From the IMG/VR virus record IMGVR_UViG_3300025000_000057: a stretch of DNA of 64,000 nt; one strand, given 5' to 3'. This document shows, one piece after another, positions 26,872 through 35,686 of this stretch; the stretch's first letter is position 1; each line of letters begins with the position of its first letter. The position numbers and the translations under genes are program-made. The DNA comes from a virus. Taxonomy: Duplodnaviria > Caudoviricetes. The notes beneath the pieces were generated by a model. That model was not told the origin of the DNA and ran no database searches. It saw only the letters and a list, made by a program, of their open reading frames with translations.

Positions 26872-28188
26872 ATGAGTAATCAAGGTTTAGCTATGCAAAA
26901 CCCAGGAGCGATTAATTTAAACCAATTAACACAACAACAGATCGAAGCTATGGCAATGGGAGCTGCTAATAAGTTAAACGTTATTAAGACAGAATTAAAC
27001 CAGGTTGTACTGGAGAGGGAGGCGGAAATCTCAAGCTTAATAAGAGCTCTTGCTGCAAGTGAACACGTACTATTTTTAGGGCCGCCTGGAGTTGCAAAAA
27101 CTATGTTGGCCAGGTATATGGTAAGCCATATCGTAGATGGCCGGTACTTCTACTGGTTAATGAACCGTACTACAGACCCAAGTGCTTTGCTTGGCCCTTA
27201 CAAGTTAAAAGAGATGGAGAAGGGTCGTTTCACAAGAAACTGGCAGGGAATGCTTCCAGACTGCCATATTGTAAACTTAGATGAGTTTTATAAAAGCAAT
27301 GAACCGGTTGTTAACATTCTACTGACCATCTTAAATGAAAGGTTATTCCACGATGATGGTCAAGCTATTCCGGTAGTATTGCGTACCTTGGTAGCCTGCT
27401 CAAATGAGGGGCCAGAGGATGATATTCTAAAACCGTTACATGACAGACTCCTATTCCGACACATTGTACAGCCGATTAAAGATCCTTCAAACCGTATCAA
27501 AATGATGAAATTAGATGTTGCTAGACGGTCTGTTGGAGGTCAGTATATTCCAAGAACTGTAATCAGCATTCCGGAATTAGATGCTCTTAGCATCGTAATT
27601 AACAGGTGGGTAAAGATACCTGATAGCGTATATGCTGCTCTTAATAAACTAGATATGGCGCTTATAAAGAAAGGTATCGAGATTACAGACCGTAGAAAGA
27701 CCGCCAGAATGAAAGTACTTCAGGCGGAAGCCGTACTAAATGGTCGCATGATTGTATCTACAAATGACCTTACAGCTCTTACACATATATTCTGGGAGCG
27801 CGAAGAGGACATTAAAGAGGTCGATACCGAAATATCAAAACTGGTTAATCCGTACGAGCAAAAGTTCAAGGAACTAATGACAAGAGCTACGGAAATCCAT
27901 AAGGTTACTATGGGTATTGATACATTTGCTGAAAGGGCTAAAGCCGCTATTGAAGCAAAGAGTGTTCTTGATAAGATTCTTGAGAAAATGAGTGGAATGA
28001 CAGATTCCATGAGGAAAGAAGGTCACGATACTGATAAGATACAAAAAGGTATTGTGGAGGTTGAATCGTTCCGTAGTCAAGTCATGCAAGATTGTCTAGG
28101 CGTTAATAAAGCAACTAATAATGCTCAGGTAATAGATCAACCCGATTTGTTTGGGACTAATGGTAGCGACGCATCATTACCCTTCTAG
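26872..28188 (+). CDS. MoxR/RavA-type AAA+ ATPase
   Basis: Walker A GPPGVAKT, Walker B NLDEFYK, sensor SNE, DRLL arginine finger. Confidence 0.9.
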   Translation: MSNQGLAMQNPGAINLNQLTQQQIEAMAMGAANKLNVIKTELNQVVLEREAEISSLIRALAASEHVLFLGPPGVAKTMLARYMVSHIVDGRYFYWLMNRTTDPSALLGPYKLKEMEKGRFTRNWQGMLPDCHIVNLDEFYKSNEPVVNILLTILNERLFHDDGQAIPVVLRTLVACSNEGPEDDILKPLHDRLLFRHIVQPIKDPSNRIKMMKLDVARRSVGGQYIPRTVISIPELDALSIVINRWVKIPDSVYAALNKLDMALIKKGIEITDRRKTARMKVLQAEAVLNGRMIVSTNDLTALTHIFWEREEDIKEVDTEISKLVNPYEQKFKELMTRATEIHKVTMGIDTFAERAKAAIEAKSVLDKILEKMSGMTDSMRKEGHDTDKIQKGIVEVESFRSQVMQDCLGVNKATNNAQVIDQPDLFGTNGSDASLPF

Positions 28189-28203
28189 AAGGAGGCGAAT
28201 GGA

Positions 28204-30156
28204 TTGAAAAACCCGTTTGAAGATTTTATAGATCCTTTTAACAATGATAATAACGAGGCTGAGAAATCGGGCTATATTGACCCGTTTTCTCAGCCACAAA
28301 AGCCGCATCAAATTGATCCTTTCAGTATTAATAATACACTGAAACCTAGTGATAATCCATTTGATTACTGGGTTCCTGATAAGCTAAATACTCCAGAAGA
28401 ACCAAGGGATATGTCACCGGAAGAGGCAGCGTTTCTGGCCGAGCAGGATATACTTCGGGAAGAGATTAGTAAACGTGATTTAAATGATAAGAAAAATGTA
28501 GCCGGTATCTTTGACCTGCCTGAGTTAACAACGGGGAGTAATATCAAGAAAAGTCGGCAAGCATTAAGACAAACAATATACGATGGCGATATCTTTACAG
28601 ATATAGTACAAGATTCGCCCGTTATGGAAGAGACACTCAACGAGGCTAGGAAGTTGTTAAGAACTCTGCCAGCGCTTGCTCAAGATCAATTCTTAGCATT
28701 GTTTAAAATGGAACCGGAAATGGTTACTATTGACCATATGATAAAAGAGTACGAAGTAAATTGGCATTTATTAAAAGGTACTATGAGCTGTCAGGAGTAT
28801 ATTAATTTAGTACCGAGTTGTACACTTGATATATTTTGCAGTGCCATTGGTTCTGAGGTACTCTTGCGGCGTATAGTCGACTTATTGAAAGAAAAGATCG
28901 AAGAGCACCGGAAGGCTAAGGAAGAGGCCGATAAAAACGGCATGCCAGATCCGAATGCTCAAAACCCTGGTCAGGTTAATATGGACGAATGGGTTAAAAC
29001 TATAAACGATATGATCGATAACTCTCAGAATTTAAATAAGGTCAATAATAGTATTAGCCAAATTGATGAAATGATAAAGAAAGCTGACGCTGCTAAACAA
29101 AAGGGGCTAGAATTAACAAAGGACGGTCTTCTAATGGATCAGCAATTAGCATTAAAACTTGCAGATCAACTTAGTAAGATTGTTAACGATAATATGAAAA
29201 CCCATGTCCCGGAAATCGAGACTATCATAAAAACAGCCTTGACTGATACCGAACCAGAAGTCGGTGCCGTTCGAGATGCTGTTAATATGTGGGGATGGGC
29301 TGAGAATGATGGTAATGTACGTATTACAATGGAGAATAAACGTCGAGCTCTAGAACGTTTACGTACCAGCGATAAAATGAAGCGATTGGCCGAGTTAATA
29401 GGACATTTCCGGAAAATCGCTCAGGCTGAGAAGAAACGTAAAAGCCCAGACGGTCAGGTGAATATTAAAACAGTTACCCAGGGTGGTAATATTCTAGAGG
29501 CTCTTCCGTCAGAACTCGGCCTCTTAATGCATCCTACTGCAAGAGCGGATGTACTGCGTAGAATGAATGAGAATCGTCTACTGGTCTATAAGAAAGAAAG
29601 TACCGGTTTTGTAGGCAGAGGGCCTATGGTGGTTTGTGGTGATACTTCTGGCTCTATGAGTGGTCAAAAGGAAGAATGGAGTAAAGCCTTAGCTCTTGCT
29701 TTAATCGAAATTGCACAACAGCAAAAGCGTGATTTCTATTGTATTCACTTTTCAACTAATATAGTGGGCGAATGGGAAGTTCAAAAAGGATTGTTTGATC
29801 CTAATGTTGTTATCGATATCGCTGAGAAATTCAGTGGCGGTGGTACTAACTTTGAACGACCCTTAATGAAAGCTATGGATGTTATCAAGAAGAATAAGTA
29901 TAAGAAAGCTGATATACTATTCATTACAGATGGAGATTGTGCCGTATCAGGTAAGTTTATCAGCGATTTTAAAGCCCTTAAGACTGAGAAAGACTTTATG
30001 GTACGTACCGTCTTGATCAATACTGGTAGTGGCGGTACTAGCAGATCCACCGTAGCACAATTCTCTGATAGCGTAACCGCAATAAGTAATTTAGCAGATT
30101 TAAATGGTGGTGATGATAGTGTTGCCAGAGCGATCCTTGGAGGTATCCAAGATTAG
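28204..30156 (+). CDS. VWA-domain (ViaA-like) partner protein
   Basis: MIDAS DTSGSM, GGGTNF, FITDG; follows the AAA gene. Confidence 0.9.
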   Translation: MKNPFEDFIDPFNNDNNEAEKSGYIDPFSQPQKPHQIDPFSINNTLKPSDNPFDYWVPDKLNTPEEPRDMSPEEAAFLAEQDILREEISKRDLNDKKNVAGIFDLPELTTGSNIKKSRQALRQTIYDGDIFTDIVQDSPVMEETLNEARKLLRTLPALAQDQFLALFKMEPEMVTIDHMIKEYEVNWHLLKGTMSCQEYINLVPSCTLDIFCSAIGSEVLLRRIVDLLKEKIEEHRKAKEEADKNGMPDPNAQNPGQVNMDEWVKTINDMIDNSQNLNKVNNSISQIDEMIKKADAAKQKGLELTKDGLLMDQQLALKLADQLSKIVNDNMKTHVPEIETIIKTALTDTEPEVGAVRDAVNMWGWAENDGNVRITMENKRRALERLRTSDKMKRLAELIGHFRKIAQAEKKRKSPDGQVNIKTVTQGGNILEALPSELGLLMHPTARADVLRRMNENRLLVYKKESTGFVGRGPMVVCGDTSGSMSGQKEEWSKALALALIEIAQQQKRDFYCIHFSTNIVGEWEVQKGLFDPNVVIDIAEKFSGGGTNFERPLMKAMDVIKKNKYKKADILFITDGDCAVSGKFISDFKALKTEKDFMVRTVLINTGSGGTSRSTVAQFSDSVTAISNLADLNGGDDSVARAILGGIQD

Positions 30157-30340
30157 GAAACAGGTAATGATAACTCGCGGGCCGGACAGTAATACCCGGT
30201 CTGTCGAGTTCATCTGTAACACAGACTGTATATGGTTTGATGTATACATAGGCCCAGATTGCGCTCATTCGGGGCACAATTGGAAACAACCAATACAAGG
30301 GCTCCTTTGTCCTAATATTGAAAGGAGAATGAAAACATGA
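30104..30340 (+). CDS. small Cys-containing hypothetical protein (likely start near 30170)
   Basis: ORF between the VWA gene and the next gene. Confidence 0.45.
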   Translation: MVVMIVLPERSLEVSKIRKQVMITRGPDSNTRSVEFICNTDCIWFDVYIGPDCAHSGHNWKQPIQGLLCPNIERRMKT

Positions 30341-31371
30341 CTACTGTTGGAGCACTTCAGATACAAGATAATCTTAATGAAAGTATTGGTACTGGAAATG
30401 GGATTGTCGGTATGACAGGAGCTTTTAATCTAAAAGATGAGCACCTATTAGGACATCTTGAATTTCATCAAGTACCTGACATGCGTGTTCAAAAGGACGA
30501 GGTTGCTGTACTTTGGGATAATAGCGGTCTCGACCCTAAATACTTACCGTCAAAAATTCATCCGGCTGATGCGTTTAGACGGGCAACCTCGACCGCAGCC
30601 TCTGGTAATATCATAATTACAGATGCCAATGGTGTAAATCATAAAGCCCGGTTACTGGTTAGAGAAGTCATTAATGATGATAATTTTATTGTCCGGCACC
30701 TGATTCGAGAATTGGTAGATGATAAGAATGAGGTACTGGATTACGCTCATGTTGGTAGCTGGAAGTTTAACAAGAAGACCAAAACGACCGAAGATGCCAT
30801 TACCACTAATTATTACAATGAATACAGCTATAGTGTAATAGTTCCTGATACAACAAAGCTGGTAGATGAGTTGTTAAACTATCATACTAAAGACACAGTA
30901 AGAAATCTCATTACCAAGGTAACCAGGGACTCAAACCCAACACCCATTATGCACCGTTCTCAGGGAAAGTTTATACCTAAAGGACATTACGATACCCTTA
31001 AGGGATTGCAGAGCTTTCTTAAAGAGTTGAGAGATGTGTATATCCCAGGTTCCGACTGTTCAATGGATCTTATCCCAATAGTAGATACCCTTGAGCAACG
31101 GGAGATGATCGCCAGAAAAGCTTCGTTTTCTTTAAAAGAAGATGCGGATAAGCTTATTATGGAATTTGCAGAAATCATGAACGTTAAGAAAGAAATCAAA
31201 CCTGAGATAGCAGAAAGACTAATTCGTAATGCCTTAGAAATGAGAGAGCGTATGGCGGAATACGAAGGTCTTCTTAATATGCGTTTACAGGTGCTGGCAG
31301 ATCAGATGAATAACTTTATAAGTAACGTAAGACTCGCTCCTACACCGGAATCTAAGAAAATACAGGATTAA
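30337..31371 (+). CDS. 344-aa hypothetical protein of the AAA-VWA operon
   Basis: AAAGGAG SD; coiled-coil C-terminus. Confidence 0.75.
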   Translation: MTTVGALQIQDNLNESIGTGNGIVGMTGAFNLKDEHLLGHLEFHQVPDMRVQKDEVAVLWDNSGLDPKYLPSKIHPADAFRRATSTAASGNIIITDANGVNHKARLLVREVINDDNFIVRHLIRELVDDKNEVLDYAHVGSWKFNKKTKTTEDAITTNYYNEYSYSVIVPDTTKLVDELLNYHTKDTVRNLITKVTRDSNPTPIMHRSQGKFIPKGHYDTLKGLQSFLKELRDVYIPGSDCSMDLIPIVDTLEQREMIARKASFSLKEDADKLIMEFAEIMNVKKEIKPEIAERLIRNALEMRERMAEYEGLLNMRLQVLADQMNNFISNVRLAPTPESKKIQD

Positions 31372-31404
31372 TCCTGTATTTTCCTTACAAAGGAGGAGAT
31401 TAAT

Positions 31405-31983
31405 ATCGATCTGGATTCTATTAAATCGGCTGAACAACTGCGAGAAAAGTTTGATGATTATCTGGATAGTTCAGGAACTCCAATCTCTCTTTATAAAGAG
31501 GGAGAAACTATAGTATCGGTAGATATAAATGGTACCGAATATGTACCTAAGAAAGAAGCATTCAAGACTTCCGGTTGGTCGTTTAGACAGATAAATGTAA
31601 ATATCGAGTTAAATAATGATACACTTGGTAAGTTTCTAACTAGGACTACAGAACTAGGGTATCGTATTACTAAAGTAGATGAAAACGATGTCTTAGACTC
31701 TAGTGTAGCTATGGAATCTTTCTTAGTATCTAAGGGAGATAACCATATAAGGATCGAACGTCGTACCAACGGAGGAGCTATGGTCTTTGTTAAAGACGAC
31801 GATCATGGTGAAAATAGTCCCTCTGATTTAGCTATCAAAATGGCTAAATCGTTTAAAGGTACTGTTAAGGGAATATTAGTAGCTCATAATAACTATCGAG
31901 ATTTAGGTATGTATCCTGTGGCTATCGTTGAAGGACGTATAGTAGATATAACACAGTTTCGGATAGGACTCGTTAAAAACTAG
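31405..31983 (+). CDS. hypothetical protein, probable ATC start
   Basis: AGGAGG 8 nt before ATC; frame open for 102 codons before the first ATG at 31711. Confidence 0.55.
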   Translation: MDLDSIKSAEQLREKFDDYLDSSGTPISLYKEGETIVSVDINGTEYVPKKEAFKTSGWSFRQINVNIELNNDTLGKFLTRTTELGYRITKVDENDVLDSSVAMESFLVSKGDNHIRIERRTNGGAMVFVKDDDHGENSPSDLAIKMAKSFKGTVKGILVAHNNYRDLGMYPVAIVEGRIVDITQFRIGLVKN

Positions 31984-32084
31984 TTAAAGATTTATCAAAA
32001 TCCGACTAATGTATGTATTTTTGTAGACATGTATGAATGAAACATGTTACAATGGACATACTATGTACAACGAGGTGAATATCA

Positions 32085-32258
32085 ATGAAAAATAGGATGT
32101 TGAGTCATCTTATACAGTATGGTAGTAAAGAAGAGTTGTTAGAAGTTATTTCTGAAATAACTTCTCAATTATATAAGAAAGGTCATGAAGATGGACATAC
32201 GAGTGGTTTTCAAAAAGGGTATGATTTTCGGTTAAACGAAGAAAATAAACAGGAATAA
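32085..32258 (+). CDS. 57-aa hypothetical protein
   Basis: GAGGTG SD. Confidence 0.55.
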   Translation: MKNRMLSHLIQYGSKEELLEVISEITSQLYKKGHEDGHTSGFQKGYDFRLNEENKQE

Positions 32259-32283
32259 TCTTACACTTTAAGGAGGAATTGTT

Positions 32284-32748
32284 ATGTCAGAAGGACAAGA
32301 GCAATATTATGTACCACCCGAACCAGGACTTATACCTGAACCTGAATCTATTCCCGCAATGATGCCGGAACCCGCATCTATGCCTGAGCTGCCGCTGCAG
32401 GAAACTACGCCGCAGGAAGTCGTACCCGATACTCCAGAACGAAAAGAAAAGGCTGAACGTACTCCTCCTAAGATGTCTGTAATAGGCTTAAGAGCCCGTT
32501 TAAAGAACGTCATGGATCAATCCTGCAACGCTTTATCAACTATCCAAGAATTATCAATGGATGATGAGTTCAAAGGCAAAGACGGTGCTAAGGTTACAAA
32601 ACAGATAACCGGACAAGTTGTATCCACTTCCATCATGATTCCGATTATGAAGATTGTCGGGGAGTATATGCAGTTCACTCCTAAAGAGATTGGTTATGTC
32701 GCCAATATCATGGCAATGGTTGCATCGAGGAGTGAAGATGATGTCTAA
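32284..32748 (+). CDS. hypothetical protein with a Pro/Glu-rich N-terminus
   Basis: AAGGAGG SD; PEP repeats. Confidence 0.65.
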   Translation: MSEGQEQYYVPPEPGLIPEPESIPAMMPEPASMPELPLQETTPQEVVPDTPERKEKAERTPPKMSVIGLRARLKNVMDQSCNALSTIQELSMDDEFKGKDGAKVTKQITGQVVSTSIMIPIMKIVGEYMQFTPKEIGYVANIMAMVASRSEDDV

Positions 32749-33106
32749 GATACAGATAAGACTCACCGGAGCCAGAGTTCTTGTAAAGTTATTCGAACCG
32801 GAAGATAAGACAGCCTCGGGCATTATTATACCTGACTCTGCCAAACAACCTACCCTTAAAGGCACAGTAGTTAGGGTTGGGCCCGGAGTTACAACAGAGA
32901 TCGGAGCTTTAGTTCCACCGTGTGTTGTCCCTGGAGATGTCGTATTGCTGCAAGCTTTTACTGGCACAATGATTAAAGAAAACGGTGAAGAGTTACTATT
33001 AATTAACGACAGAGATATCTTGTGCTGTGTAGAGCTATGTACTGTCGATAATACGACTATGGTACCGGATGACAAAGCATTAGGAATCACTTATTCCGAT
33101 TCTTAA
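32738..33106 (+). CDS. groES: GroES co-chaperonin
   Basis: RVLVK, KTASGIIIPDSAK mobile loop, GTVVRVGPG, VVPGDVV, NDRDIL. Confidence 0.92.
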   Translation: MMSKIQIRLTGARVLVKLFEPEDKTASGIIIPDSAKQPTLKGTVVRVGPGVTTEIGALVPPCVVPGDVVLLQAFTGTMIKENGEELLLINDRDILCCVELCTVDNTTMVPDDKALGITYSDS

Positions 33107-33149
33107 TTAATTAAGGCAAGGGTATAAAGAAACCCTTGCCTTAATTAAT
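33106..33149. terminator. 18-bp inverted repeat
   Basis: ATTAATTAAGGCAAGGGT / ACCCTTGCCTTAATTAAT. Confidence 0.65.
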
Positions 33150-33160
33150 CACATAGAGAG

Positions 33161-33868
33161 GTGAATATATTGAATCAAGCTACTCAAGATAGCATTTGTA
33201 TTCAGATCAATCCGTGGGAATTTAGAGAAGCGCTTAATGCTTGTTATGCCGTATTACAACACGATCCTAAGAATATCTATAATAGTATCTTATTTATGAC
33301 CCGTGGTGAATGGATATGTCTTATCGCTTCAAATGGTAAAACAAATATGATTAGTGTAGCAGTAAAAGGCTCAAACTTAAGTAAATTACCAGGTGATATA
33401 GTCTTAAATGTAATTCCACAAGAGACTTGGGAGATAGTAGAGAATGACGAACCTGTTTATATACAGTTTAAAGATAATACTATTCAATTCTCTCAGTATC
33501 GTTGGAATTACGGTTATGTAAGCAAATTATCGATAACGGATTATCCTATACGTCCAGAACATTTCCATCAACCGGTGTCGCATTTGTTTGAAGTAGATAA
33601 AAGCTCATTTTATAATGCACAGAAAGATATGTATTTAGAATCAGACCCTATGCAAAAAAGACTTATTGAAATAGGTGCTACCAGACCAATACCTGTAATC
33701 GAATATCATGGTGCTCCTACTCCGATAAAGTTTGGGCTTTCTGCAAGAGATCTCTTAAATCTTGATAAAATACCTACAGAGAAATTACACATAGGTATCG
33801 CTGGTTCAAGAATCTTAATTACCAATGAAGATAAGACTTACAAATACCTAGTCAAGGGGCTCATATAA
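33161..33868 (+). CDS. possible divergent sliding-clamp (DnaN-like) protein
   Basis: N-terminus EFREAL....AV......IYNSILF......LIASNG resembles the start of the beta clamp; only 235 aa. Confidence 0.4.
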   Translation: MNILNQATQDSICIQINPWEFREALNACYAVLQHDPKNIYNSILFMTRGEWICLIASNGKTNMISVAVKGSNLSKLPGDIVLNVIPQETWEIVENDEPVYIQFKDNTIQFSQYRWNYGYVSKLSITDYPIRPEHFHQPVSHLFEVDKSSFYNAQKDMYLESDPMQKRLIEIGATRPIPVIEYHGAPTPIKFGLSARDLLNLDKIPTEKLHIGIAGSRILITNEDKTYKYLVKGLI

Positions 33869-33948
33869 GAGCCCTATATGGGGAAATTTTCATATATATT
33901 TGCGGCGGTTTATATTTATATGCAAAACCTCTGGGAGTGTGAAATGAG

Positions 33949-34419
33949 GTGACTTTTCAAACTCGTACTAGATTTCATTCAGCTGAATTTAGACTTATTG
34001 TAAGCCAGATGGTCTTTGATGCGTTTATAATTCGTATGAAAGAGGTTGGTTATGCCTGTAAGAGCGAGTTCAATAATCGTGTCTATTACTTCTATGAAAG
34101 AAATCCTATAGTAGAAAAAGAAGTATTCTTGCAGATATTAAAACGCACAATGGTACAGGGTGATGATTTTATAGATTATTACGAGTTTCAATCAAACTTT
34201 TATGACGATAATGATAACAGTCCCTTGTATAATATTATCGAAGCTATGTGCGAGAAATACAATGGAACAATGATTGGTCACTATGAGTCCATATACAGCA
34301 ATCGAGGTTGGGGTATTTATATCAAAGATGGAATTCGTAACCATAAAGCTGGAGAATCATTTGAAAAACCAGTAATTCTGAATATGAACACTTCAATAAG
34401 AAAGGAGAAGGATAAGTGA
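33949..34419 (+). CDS. hypothetical protein
   Basis: ORF. Confidence 0.6.
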   Translation: MTFQTRTRFHSAEFRLIVSQMVFDAFIIRMKEVGYACKSEFNNRVYYFYERNPIVEKEVFLQILKRTMVQGDDFIDYYEFQSNFYDDNDNSPLYNIIEAMCEKYNGTMIGHYESIYSNRGWGIYIKDGIRNHKAGESFEKPVILNMNTSIRKEKDK

Positions 34420-34793
34420 GATGGAGAAATGAACCAGCGACATCTAAACAAATTGACTATGCCAAATCGTTGGCCAGAAAAACCGGCGGATACGATCTTG
34501 TAGATTGGTATAAATCATATACTAAAGGTGAAATGACAGATATGATTGATCATATGAAGGAGGAACTGGGTATGATTACCGATAGTAGACCGAATGTATA
34601 TCCTGATCCGACACCTCCATACCAGCCTGTATTTCCACCAGTAACACCAGCTAATCAAAATCTTACTAATTTCGTAGGTGTACTTACAGTAACATTTTCT
34701 TGTATAGATAAGGATGAAAACCATATTAAGTTAATGAATTTATTGAAAGCAAATGGTTATAAAGTACATGCTTTCGAGATAACTGAATTATAA
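34416..34793 (+). CDS. hypothetical protein
   Basis: AAGGAG SD; PATSKQIDY N-terminus. Confidence 0.65.
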   Translation: MRWRNEPATSKQIDYAKSLARKTGGYDLVDWYKSYTKGEMTDMIDHMKEELGMITDSRPNVYPDPTPPYQPVFPPVTPANQNLTNFVGVLTVTFSCIDKDENHIKLMNLLKANGYKVHAFEITEL

Positions 34794-34878
34794 GCCATTA
34801 TTAAATGGTAGGAAGGGTGATAACAAAAGATATCCAATACTAATATGAGAGATTAATATAAGGAGGTATACATTCATT

Positions 34879-35157
34879 ATGGCAGAGAGACCAGAAAACA
34901 TTTATGTTTGTCCTGATTGTGGTGGTAAGTATAAATCGCTTAAAGGAGAAATGACGCAAAAGCATTTCGGTAAGAATATTACAGTACACAACATTCCTTT
35001 TGCGATATGTATTGGTACATCCAGGACACCAGGATGCGGCAGGCCTGCAGAAATCGTTGATGCTAGAGTATCTCGACGAGTATACGAGTTGGCTAAAGAT
35101 GCTGCTAAAGATGGTAAAGAAGAACATATTTATTACAATGAACACTATACTGATTAA
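34879..35157 (+). CDS. YgiT/MqsA-type zinc-finger protein
   Basis: CPDCGG...ITVHNIPFAIC...CG. Confidence 0.6.
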   Translation: MAERPENIYVCPDCGGKYKSLKGEMTQKHFGKNITVHNIPFAICIGTSRTPGCGRPAEIVDARVSRRVYELAKDAAKDGKEEHIYYNEHYTD

Positions 35158-35686
35158 AGACGATGCGACTCCCAAGGATGAACGCAGAAAATTGAAGAAG
35201 GATCTGTGGAACAAGTATAATAAAAGATGTTATATCTGTGGGAACCTTCTTCAATTAAAGGATTGTACCATAGATCATGTAGATCCACTAAGTCGTACAG
35301 GTGAAGATGTCTCTGAAAATCGTGCTTGCTGTTGTGTTGATTGTAATGAAGAAAAGGGAGATTTACGTATAGACGAATACAAAGCTCTGATTGCTTTACT
35401 AAAGGAACTTGATGATAACTATATCTTGTATAACCTACGTGATAAGGGATTTGCTTTAGGTAATAATGATATATACGTTCCAGAACTTATACTACCAGCC
35501 TATAATTTAATCGTAGATATTAAATCAGGGTTTGATGATTCGTATATCAATATACTTAAAAGGTTCCGTGCTAAGCATTTATGCTGGCATACTGTAGTAC
35601 TAAAAGAAGGAACAACTCCTGAAGAATTCATCAACACATTAACTACAGGAGGGTTTCGTAATGCAAACATATATCTCAGTTCATAA
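35138..35686 (+). CDS. HNH endonuclease with a second nuclease-like C-terminal domain
   Basis: CYICG...TIDHVDPLSRTG...EN..CC.DCNEEK. Confidence 0.85.
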   Translation: MNTILIKDDATPKDERRKLKKDLWNKYNKRCYICGNLLQLKDCTIDHVDPLSRTGEDVSENRACCCVDCNEEKGDLRIDEYKALIALLKELDDNYILYNLRDKGFALGNNDIYVPELILPAYNLIVDIKSGFDDSYINILKRFRAKHLCWHTVVLKEGTTPEEFINTLTTGGFRNANIYLSS

